A DNA stretch of 32,000 bases from Prochlorococcus sp. MIT 0801 (GTDB taxonomy: Bacteria > Cyanobacteriota > Cyanobacteriia > PCC-6307 > Cyanobiaceae). The notes beneath the pieces are model-generated. The model did not search any database and had not been told where the DNA came from. It saw only the letters and a program-made list of their open reading frames with translations. This document shows positions 20,833-28,145 of the stretch, piece after piece (position 1 is the first letter of the stretch; each line of letters opens with the position of its first letter). The translations under genes were made by a program, and so were the position numbers. The stretch covers positions 1,680,001 to 1,712,000 of the forward strand of contig NZ_CP007754.1 in the NCBI RefSeq assembly GCF_000757865.1, in the 5' to 3' direction.

Positions 20833-21072
20833 TTATCTGATGTCTGCAGGAATCCACCACCCTGCAGCAGGTCCAACAAAGCGAACAATAATCCAGAGAA
20901 TAACCAAAGCAGCAATACCTACCCATCCCGCACGAATACTTAGTTGAATGAATTGATCTCTTTGCGCTTGCGTAACAGGAAACCAAGAGACAATACGAGG
21001 TGACTCATTCTTAGAGTTTTTCGTACTACGAGGGTTTAAGCCTTGTTCAGATCTTCGGCGAGCTTCTCCCAT
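20833..21072 (-). CDS. small conserved membrane protein (MGEARRR... N-terminus and one C-terminal TM helix; DUF2839-like from memory)
   Basis: A basic N-terminus is followed by the hydrophobic helix GWVGIAALVILWIIVRFVGPAAGWW. The start is placed at the internal ATG. The track ORF extends to 21096. Confidence 0.5.
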   Translation of the reverse strand: MGEARRRSEQGLNPRSTKNSKNESPRIVSWFPVTQAQRDQFIQLSIRAGWVGIAALVILWIIVRFVGPAAGWWIPADIR

Positions 21073-21111
21073 TATAGAAAAAACAATATTTTTCAATCTA
21101 AGAGATTGATT

Positions 21112-22560
21112 TTAATAAGGCAATAAACGTTCTAACTCAACCCATGGCTCAAGAGCTTCAAATATTAGTTTTCCCCAACTCCTATAGTGCATGCGGCCGT
21201 CAAGTATTGCGACTCGGACATGTTCACCCCTAATGATTACAAGCGATTTGAGAAGGATAGCAAGAGTTTCGGGGAAAAGGAATTCTCTAAACCAGTCACG
21301 ACCTTGTTGCTTAAGCATTTCAACTTTAGCGGCTATCCAGGGTGATTCTAAAGTAGGCAATGGAATCACTGGAAAAATTAATTGATCTGGTGTTGGTAAA
21401 TTGTACTGATTAATAATCCACCATTTACAACTACAACAAATAATCCCATTAGACTCAATATCAGTAGTTTCATGAACTACTCTCAATCCAAATTCTCCAG
21501 CCAATTCACTAGTTATCTGAAGTCGTAGTTGTAAATCATCTACCAAAATGATAGTTGGATGAGTACGACCAAGAATTAATCTTTGACACTGTCTTAAAAC
21601 ATGACTATAAAAATCAGACGTATTTGGCAAAGGTTGTCTTTTAGGGACAAATAAAGGAATAGGTTCTTGATTAAATTTATTTCCTAAATTCACCTTTACA
21701 GTGAAAGTAAATTTTTTATTATTTAAATCTATAAAGAAAGAATCGCTTTGACCTGAAGTAGTCAGCATTAAAAGAGTATTTTTTGATAACAAACCCGCGA
21801 GAGTTTTTAAAGGAGTCAAAGGTTGAATATGCAAATCCCAACTCAGTTTCCGATTATCTAGTTTCGCCCATGTTACCCATTCATTGTTAACCGTATTAAA
21901 AGCTTGTTTCCACGGAATTGTTGAAGGTAAATCATCTTTGAGAATTGCTTTTAATGCTAAAAATTCCCTATGATCAATTCTTACAACAGCATTAGAAGTT
22001 ACTGCTTGACTGAAAAGACTTCGACTTATACGCTCATGAACTTCAACAATTGAAGCTTCGAAACGTGAGTGAGAAGCAATTAAATCCTCCCAGTCTTTTG
22101 GGGTAATTTTAATAGACATAGGTTCTCTAAGCTCACTAGAAATAAACTCAGATTCAGGAAATATTAATTGGCGATTTTTTAATAAATCTTTTTCATACGC
22201 AAAAATAAAATCTTGGTATCTTAGAACCCAAATTTTTTTATCTGAGGGAGTTAATTCAATTCCTTCTACATAATCGAAACCTAATCGACTAGATTCTAAC
22301 TTTGGTAATTCCACTTCAAGCAAGAGTCGATATTGTCTCTCTGAAAGAATTAGAACAATATTATCGTTATGCAGACAAAGTGGAATCAAAAGACCAGGCC
22401 ACCAAAAATTTCTACTGTCACTTGATAGTTGAATAAAAGTATTATCTTTACGACTTAGGCTTCTAGATATCAATCTTGTTAGTGTCAAATTATGAGGCCA
22501 TAGAGCAAGATTGTTTTGATAGTATTTTTTTAGATGTTTATGTGAATTCACCTCAAGCAT
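21112..22560 (-). CDS. DinG/Rad3-like protein lacking recognisable helicase ATPase motifs
   Basis: The C-terminal block IFPVIPLPTLESPWIAAKVEMLKQQGRDWFREFLFPETLAILLKSLVIIRGEHVRVAILDGR resembles the DinG C-terminus. There is no GxGKT/S, no DEAH and no QxxGR. Confidence 0.6.
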   Translation of the reverse strand: MLEVNSHKHLKKYYQNNLALWPHNLTLTRLISRSLSRKDNTFIQLSSDSRNFWWPGLLIPLCLHNDNIVLILSERQYRLLLEVELPKLESSRLGFDYVEGIELTPSDKKIWVLRYQDFIFAYEKDLLKNRQLIFPESEFISSELREPMSIKITPKDWEDLIASHSRFEASIVEVHERISRSLFSQAVTSNAVVRIDHREFLALKAILKDDLPSTIPWKQAFNTVNNEWVTWAKLDNRKLSWDLHIQPLTPLKTLAGLLSKNTLLMLTTSGQSDSFFIDLNNKKFTFTVKVNLGNKFNQEPIPLFVPKRQPLPNTSDFYSHVLRQCQRLILGRTHPTIILVDDLQLRLQITSELAGEFGLRVVHETTDIESNGIICCSCKWWIINQYNLPTPDQLIFPVIPLPTLESPWIAAKVEMLKQQGRDWFREFLFPETLAILLKSLVIIRGEHVRVAILDGRMHYRSWGKLIFEALEPWVELERLLPY

Positions 22561-22633
22561 TAGTAGTACCGTTTATCAATAAATTCTTTTAATCATGTTG
22601 CCCTATCAATAAAGATATAGAACAATACTATGT

Positions 22634-23509
22634 ATGGAGCTTAAAACAAAAACCGCTGAAAATATTGGAATTGTTGGATTAGGTCTAATTGGAGGCTCCT
22701 TAGGCTTAGATCTCCAAAAGCTTGGATATACAGTTTATGGGATTACTCATCGAGAAAAAACTGCACAAAAAGCCAGAGAAAGAAAACTTGCCCAAATTGT
22801 TAGTACTGATCCAAACGTATTAGACAATTGTTCTCTTGTTTATATTGCTTTACCACTTGAGCAGCTCCTAAATCCTTCAACAGCTTTAATCAATGCCATT
22901 CCTAAAAATGCTGTTGTTACGGATGTTGGATCTGTAAAAGTCCCTATTTTAAATACTTGGGACACGCTACATCCGCGGTTTGTAGCTAGTCATCCAATGA
23001 CAGGAACAGAAGAATCTGGCGTTAACGCAGGTCGTCATGATTTATTTAAAAATAAGCCATGGGTGGTTACTCCAAGTAAAAAAACTGATCAAAAAGCCCT
23101 CGAAATCGTGCACCAAATTTCTTTATCACTCGGGAGTCAATGGATAAGCTCTGAAGCTCAAATACATGATGAAGCTGTAGGCTTGATTTCACATTTACCA
23201 GTTCTAATTAGCGCAGCATTTCTGAATACACTCAGTGCAGAAGCAAAGCCCTCCTTATATTCACTTGCAAAAAGTATTGCATCCAGTGGGTTTGCTGACA
23301 CCTCCAGAGTCGGAGGTGGTAACCCAGAACTAGGAGTCTCTATGGCAAAATTTAATAAGAAAAATATAGAGAGACATTTGGCATCTTATAGACATTCTTT
23401 AGATCTTTTTGAAAAATATTTACTTGAAGAAAACTGGAGTGATCTAGAAAAAATACTAGTCAATGCCCAGGAAAAAAGACAGGATTTTACTTTAAAACCT
23501 ACTAATTAA
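22634..23509 (+). CDS. tyrA: arogenate/prephenate dehydrogenase
   Basis: The N-terminal Rossmann motif is IGIVGLGLIGGSLG. The catalytic region is DVGSVK...ASHPMTG.E.SG. The blocks ISHLP and RVGGGNPELG are present. Confidence 0.88.
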   Translation: MELKTKTAENIGIVGLGLIGGSLGLDLQKLGYTVYGITHREKTAQKARERKLAQIVSTDPNVLDNCSLVYIALPLEQLLNPSTALINAIPKNAVVTDVGSVKVPILNTWDTLHPRFVASHPMTGTEESGVNAGRHDLFKNKPWVVTPSKKTDQKALEIVHQISLSLGSQWISSEAQIHDEAVGLISHLPVLISAAFLNTLSAEAKPSLYSLAKSIASSGFADTSRVGGGNPELGVSMAKFNKKNIERHLASYRHSLDLFEKYLLEENWSDLEKILVNAQEKRQDFTLKPTN

Positions 23510-25019
23510 AGACAGGGATATTTAAATGTCTACCTTTAGATTCCATTATTTGTCTGACAACCATCATAGCTGATTGGCTTACGCCAGCTGTACCTTCGCC
23601 AGGATAAATTGAATCTCCACAAAGCCATAAACCCCTAAGAGGGGTCCTACTTGCCAAGCCAAAAGGACCAAATTGATCTGGATGTTGACCAAGTCCTCCG
23701 ACTATTCCACCAGGACGTCCTGTCCACCTTTCAAAGCTTCTTGGAGTTGAAAGTTCTTGATGATCCCAACTCGTCTCCAACAAATCAAACTTTTTATTTA
23801 AAATAGTTCTAATCTGTTTTAATACAATATTTTTTTCTCTAGCGTAGGATTGACTATCTAGATTAGACCATTGATTAATATCAACAAACACACTTGCAAT
23901 TAAAGTAGCCATTCCAGCTGGTGCACGCTGATCATCTTCCATACTGATAGAAATAAATAAAGAGCCAAAATTCTCATCGAATATTTGAATATGCCCTGGA
24001 CAATTAACTGGCAAGTCAGCACGACAGAGAGCCCCGTAAAATACAAGGGCACCACTGGGCTTGGGTAATTTTTTTATAGTTTCACGGTATGTTGTGGGTA
24101 AACCTCCATCAATAGGAATTAAATCTAAAAGAGATTGAGGAGGCAAACTAAAAACAATATCTGATGCTTTCAGCTTTATCAAATTCTTTCTTCTATCAAT
24201 TACGTTGACATCAAAAATATTTGAATTTTTTTTACTTAATATTTGGGTCACTCTATGACCAATCAAAAGGCTTCCACCATCTCTCAAAAAACTATCTTTC
24301 AACAAATTGCTAAGAATTTGCATTGATCCATGAAGGTGCCATAGGCCTCTAGGAAATTGGGCCATTTGAAGAACAGTTGCACCGTATAAAGCCGCCGTTC
24401 TACTTGCTGGCTCTTGAGAATAAAGTTTTAACTGAAGGTCTAAAAAACTTCGTAAACGTCTATCTTCATGACAACCAGTAATTATAAGCAAGTCTGCAAT
24501 AGTCAACTTACTCAAAAAACCTGTTAAAAGATTTGAAGGACGTATAGCTCTAATTAATTGACTTAAATCCCAAAAATTTCTTATCGGAAGTATTGGATCT
24601 CTTTCGACAAATTCCCAGTTACTTTCGTGAATTTTAGAACATATTGACCAGAAGATTTCACTCCCAGGAAACTGTTCTTGTCTTTCTTTCTGCCATCTCA
24701 ATGGATCATGCCAAAGATTGATTGGCCTACTCCCATCGCCAAGAATAACTGAACATCCAGGATCTAAAATTTTTGCATCAGGTAACGGAATCTCTAAATA
24801 CTTAAATAAACGATGATGAATTCCTCCTCTCTCAAGGCCTGCAACTTGAGTAGCGCCTACATCAAAAGTATAAGAACCTCTTTTAAAAGTTCCTGCACAA
24901 CCCCCTAATTGACTATGTGCTTCGACCAAAGTTACCTGATAGCCCTCTCTAGCGAGAAGAGCAGCACCTGTTAAGCCAGCTATCCCTCCCCCGACAACAA
25001 TGATAGATTCTTCAGACAT
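23502..25019 (-). CDS. FAD-dependent oxidoreductase of the phytoene-desaturase superfamily (CrtD/CrtISO-like)
   Basis: The FAD fold is IIVVGGGIAGLTGAALLAREGY.V.L.E.....GGCAGTF. FDVGATQVAGLE is present, and the C-terminus is LWLCGDSIYPGEGTAGVS. The substrate cannot be assigned from sequence alone. Confidence 0.7.
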   Translation of the reverse strand: MSEESIIVVGGGIAGLTGAALLAREGYQVTLVEAHSQLGGCAGTFKRGSYTFDVGATQVAGLERGGIHHRLFKYLEIPLPDAKILDPGCSVILGDGSRPINLWHDPLRWQKERQEQFPGSEIFWSICSKIHESNWEFVERDPILPIRNFWDLSQLIRAIRPSNLLTGFLSKLTIADLLIITGCHEDRRLRSFLDLQLKLYSQEPASRTAALYGATVLQMAQFPRGLWHLHGSMQILSNLLKDSFLRDGGSLLIGHRVTQILSKKNSNIFDVNVIDRRKNLIKLKASDIVFSLPPQSLLDLIPIDGGLPTTYRETIKKLPKPSGALVFYGALCRADLPVNCPGHIQIFDENFGSLFISISMEDDQRAPAGMATLIASVFVDINQWSNLDSQSYAREKNIVLKQIRTILNKKFDLLETSWDHQELSTPRSFERWTGRPGGIVGGLGQHPDQFGPFGLASRTPLRGLWLCGDSIYPGEGTAGVSQSAMMVVRQIMESKGRHLNIPVFN

Positions 25020-25047
25020 AGAAAATTATCAAGCGAGAATAAAGTGA

Positions 25048-25935
25048 ATGGAGGAATTAATCAAAAAGGCTCTTTCTAGATCAAATAAAGTAAGCCAAAA
25101 CTCACTAATAGAAAAAATAATTCCGGTAGGCGGAGGTTGCATCCATAAAGCTTGGTGCATTCATTTCCAAAATGGCAGGAGAGTTTTTGCCAAATCAAAT
25201 CACATTGACAATATTAATATGTTTAAGTTTGAACGTGAGTGTCTTTCAGTTCTAAAAAGATTTGCTGATAAATCGTATCTATGCGTTCCTAAAACACTTG
25301 ATCTCGTGAGTTATCAAAATATATCTATTCATTTTTTAGAATGGATAGATCTCAAACAATGCCAACAAAATCTCCTTGGGAAAGGCTTAGCACTACTGCA
25401 CAAATCTTCTAGCGAAAGTAGCCAAAAAGATTTCGGATGGGAAGAAGAAGGTTTTATAGGATCTAATAGACAAATAAGAGGTTGGAGCAGTAACTGGGGA
25501 GAATTCTTTGTCAACTATCGTCTTAGGCCGCAACTCATACAAGCAAAATCATGGGGAGTGGATGTTAATGATTATAAGGATATTTTAATTTTTTTAAGCT
25601 CATATTTAAATGATCATCACCCCAAGATCTCAATAGTTCATGGTGATCTATGGTCCGGCAATTGTGGAAGTACTAACAATAGCTTGGGAAGTCTTTATGA
25701 TCCTGCCAGTTACTGGGCTGACAGAGAAGTTGATATCTCAATGACTAAATTGTTTGGTGGTTTTAATAGAGAATTTTATAAAGGATACGAAGAGATTTGG
25801 CCACTAGATAAATTTTCAAAAGATAGAACTGATATTTATAATCTTTACCATTTGCTTAATCATGCAAATATATTTGGTGGATCCTACAAAGAAAATTCAC
25901 TTAGAATACTAAAAGATCTGAGATCTCGCTTTTAA
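25048..25935 (+). CDS. fructosamine/ketosamine-3-kinase family protein
   Basis: It has the HGDLWSGN catalytic motif and the YDPA.YWADREVD..M..LFGGF block typical of the family. Confidence 0.85.
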   Translation: MEELIKKALSRSNKVSQNSLIEKIIPVGGGCIHKAWCIHFQNGRRVFAKSNHIDNINMFKFERECLSVLKRFADKSYLCVPKTLDLVSYQNISIHFLEWIDLKQCQQNLLGKGLALLHKSSSESSQKDFGWEEEGFIGSNRQIRGWSSNWGEFFVNYRLRPQLIQAKSWGVDVNDYKDILIFLSSYLNDHHPKISIVHGDLWSGNCGSTNNSLGSLYDPASYWADREVDISMTKLFGGFNREFYKGYEEIWPLDKFSKDRTDIYNLYHLLNHANIFGGSYKENSLRILKDLRSRF

Positions 25936-25953
25936 CGAAGCCTCAGATCTTTT
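25911..25953. terminator. 12-bp perfect hairpin (AAAAGATCTGAG / CTCAGATCTTTT, 19-nt loop) between convergent genes; candidate bidirectional intrinsic terminator
   Basis: Read directly from the sequence. An A-tract lies 5' and a T-tract (CTTTTGTT) lies 3'. The stop codon of the + gene (25933-25935) lies in the loop. The minus-strand CAAD gene ends at 25972. Confidence 0.5.
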
Positions 25954-25971
25954 GTTCACTCTCTTATTAAT

Positions 25972-26340
25972 TTATCCTAAGTACTCTTTCTTAAGATTTT
26001 GAACTTTGTCAAATACAGCTGTTCTTTTTTCACTTGTTGTTAAGTTCTGCCAACTCCATTGGCCTAAAACAACAATTCCAAGAAGTTCTAGCAAACCAGG
26101 CAGAATTGGGAAAAAATTAACTGTATCGATAACAACCTTGATTAAAACTTGAGCTAATACAACAACGGCAATGATCCCTGCCGCCTTGCCATACTTACCC
26201 ATCTGAGTCCAATCAATTTTACTCAAAGATTCATTAACTTTTCCCATTACATCACTGTAACGTTCTGAAAAATTAACGCCTTCTGATTTCCCTGCCTTTG
26301 ATTCATCTTTAGAATCAGGATTTACATCAGACATGAACAC
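25972..26340 (-). CDS. CAAD-domain (CURT1/CurT-like) thylakoid membrane protein
   Basis: Two adjacent TM helices (AAGIIAVVVLAQVLIKVVIDTV and FPILPGLLELLGIVVLGQWSW) are followed by an amphipathic tail. The PxLPxLLELxG pattern is the CAAD hallmark. Confidence 0.6.
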   Translation of the reverse strand: MFMSDVNPDSKDESKAGKSEGVNFSERYSDVMGKVNESLSKIDWTQMGKYGKAAGIIAVVVLAQVLIKVVIDTVNFFPILPGLLELLGIVVLGQWSWQNLTTSEKRTAVFDKVQNLKKEYLG

Positions 26341-26457
26341 AAGCTACTAAGCAAATATGGACTGAGCGTATCGAATTAATTTAATAAATGCCATAGGCTG
26401 AATAGAGATAAGTCCGAACCAAAATAGAGAGGATGCCGAATCAAATCATTTTTTTTC

Positions 26458-26970
26458 ATGAAAACTCCAAAATATCTTGAATTTCATAACGAAACGAATT
26501 GTGTTCTCTCTAGATTTTTAAAAGCTGCAGAGCCGGAGGAAGGCTGTTGTATGTTAATTGGCAAAATAAAAAGCTCAGCTAAAGATCACAAAAAAAATAT
26601 CTGGAAGGTAACTCACATTTGGAATTGTCGAAATATCTGGGGAGAACAAGAATCGAAATTAATTGATCAAAATATAGGAGCGTTTTCTAATCAAAAAAAT
26701 ATTCAATTATCCAAAAGAAATCGGTTCGAAGTAGACGCTAAAGATCAAATTGCATGTCACAGATGGGCAAGAGAAAATAATCTAGAAGTTTTATGTTGTG
26801 CTCATTCTCATCCTTCAGACAAAAACAAACCCTCAGAAATGGATCTACTTTTACACCAATCCCCTGGTCTTATGGTTATTTCAAATAAGGATGGAGATTT
26901 AAAAGCATGGTGGATTAAAAATAAATTAAACTTTCATAGAGTGAAAATTAAAATTTTTTCTTTAACGTAA
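26458..26970 (+). CDS. JAMM/MPN+ (Mov34) metalloprotease
   Basis: The JAMM motif is intact: an upstream Glu (EPEEGCCMLIG) and HSHPSDKNKPSEMD, which fits H-x-H-x7-S-x2-D. Confidence 0.8.
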   Translation: MKTPKYLEFHNETNCVLSRFLKAAEPEEGCCMLIGKIKSSAKDHKKNIWKVTHIWNCRNIWGEQESKLIDQNIGAFSNQKNIQLSKRNRFEVDAKDQIACHRWARENNLEVLCCAHSHPSDKNKPSEMDLLLHQSPGLMVISNKDGDLKAWWIKNKLNFHRVKIKIFSLT

Positions 26971-26993
26971 ATGAATCAGGGACGGTTTGATTA

Positions 26994-28139
26994 ATGGAGC
27001 AAAGCCAGAATGCAGGAAATTTAAGTTCTGAAGAAATTGCTAGGTATGCAAGACATCTAAGTCTCCCTGAGATAGGTATCAAAGGCCAAGAAAAATTGAA
27101 GTCAAGCTCTGTTGCTTGCATTGGGACAGGAGGACTAGGGTCGCCACTTTTAATTTATCTTGCAGCAGCTGGAATTGGACGTATCGGAATAATTGATTTT
27201 GATGTCGTTGAATACTCAAATTTACAAAGACAAATCATTCATAATACAAATTCAATAGGTCTACTAAAAACAGAGTCTGCTAAACAACACCTACGCAAAA
27301 TAAATCCTTCTTGTCGAGTTGATTTATTCAATCAAAAACTAACAAGTAGTAATGCTTTGGACATACTTAGATCTTATGATGTGATATGTGATTGTTCAGA
27401 CAATTTTCCAACGCGTTACCTAATTAATGATGCTTGTCTAATACTTAATAAGCCTGATATATATGGTTCAATTGCAAGATTCGAAGGACAGGTAAGTGTA
27501 TTTAATTGGAAGGAAGATAGTCCCAACTATCGAGATCTTATTCCCACGCCCCCTCCACAAGAATTAATTCCATCTTGCTCTGAAGCAGGAGTGATGGGAA
27601 TTCTTCCAGGCATTATGGGTACAATTCAAGCAGCAGAAGCCATAAAGATAATAACAAATATTGGTTATCCACTAAACGGTAGGATCCTCATTTTTAATGC
27701 ATTAAAAATGCAATTTAAAGAGCTAAAATTAAAGTCGGATCCAGAAAATAGAAATATCCATAAATTAATAGATTATAAAGGTTTTTGTTCAGAAGTTAAA
27801 GTCAAGAATGAGGTTGATTGTGATATAAAAAGTATTTCAATTAAAGAATTAAAAAAACTTCTTGGTCAATCTTCAAAAGAAATACTATTAATAGATGTTC
27901 GCGACCAAAATGAATACAATCAATATTCAATTCAAGGATCAACGCTTATACCTCTTAGCACTATTGAAAGTGGGAAAGCCATAAATGAAATTAAAATTCT
28001 TACCGCAAAAAAAAATCTTTATGTATTTTGCAAAAGTGGGAAAAGATCATTACGAGCACTAAAGCATTTGCACAAATTCGGAATTAGAGGCATTAGTATT
28101 CAAGGAGGTATTGAAGCCTGGAAGAAAGAAGAAAATTAA
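26994..28139 (+). CDS. moeB: E1-like adenylyltransferase/sulfurtransferase (MoeB/ThiF/MoeZ family) with a C-terminal rhodanese domain
   Basis: RY.RH..LPEIG..GQ.KL, the nucleotide loop IGTGGLGSPLLIYLAAAGIGRIGIIDFDVVE.SNLQRQ, the catalytic Cys in PSCSEAGVMG, and the rhodanese active-site loop FCKSGKRS. Confidence 0.88.
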   Translation: MEQSQNAGNLSSEEIARYARHLSLPEIGIKGQEKLKSSSVACIGTGGLGSPLLIYLAAAGIGRIGIIDFDVVEYSNLQRQIIHNTNSIGLLKTESAKQHLRKINPSCRVDLFNQKLTSSNALDILRSYDVICDCSDNFPTRYLINDACLILNKPDIYGSIARFEGQVSVFNWKEDSPNYRDLIPTPPPQELIPSCSEAGVMGILPGIMGTIQAAEAIKIITNIGYPLNGRILIFNALKMQFKELKLKSDPENRNIHKLIDYKGFCSEVKVKNEVDCDIKSISIKELKKLLGQSSKEILLIDVRDQNEYNQYSIQGSTLIPLSTIESGKAINEIKILTAKKNLYVFCKSGKRSLRALKHLHKFGIRGISIQGGIEAWKKEEN

Positions 28140-28145
28140 TTCAAG

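Noticed and set aside
20730-21096. Overlapping minus-strand ORFs 20730-20915 and 20798-20986, and the longer 20833-21096 version of the small membrane protein.
   Set aside because: The first two are alternative frames across the recA 3' end and the small gene, and they have implausible Cys/Leu-rich sequences. For the third, the MGEARRR start at 21072 fits the conserved family N-terminus better.
22561-22580. TAGTAGTACC was considered as a LexA half-site, and GTA-N8-TAT as an NtcA-like site, in the DinG-like/tyrA intergenic region.
   Set aside because: Only one half of the LexA consensus is present; the second half reads TATC instead of GTWC. The NtcA-like match lacks the TAC half and is expected by chance in AT-rich DNA.
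778-25514. Many 60-111-aa ORFs lie antisense to or out of frame with strong genes. Examples are 778-999, 3440-3646, 5297-5515, 8697-8981, 10471-10888, 11728-12045, 11796-11981, 12373-12907, 13189-13401, 14165-14356, 14819-15025, 15517-15801, 18126-18395, 19851-20102, 21191-21385 and 25329-25514.
   Set aside because: All are fully embedded in genes with unmistakable homology, mostly r-proteins, recA and ldpA. Their low-complexity, Cys/Phe/Ser/Leu-rich translations are typical of shadow ORFs in AT-rich DNA, and none has a recognisable motif.
26458-28139. The JAMM plus E1 pair as an anti-phage ubiquitin-like module (CBASS Cap2/Cap3-like or Bil-like).
   Set aside because: There is no cyclase, E2 domain, effector or ubiquitin-like gene. 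The E1 carries a rhodanese domain typical of sulfur-carrier activation, and the surroundings are core housekeeping genes with no mobile-element or island signatures.
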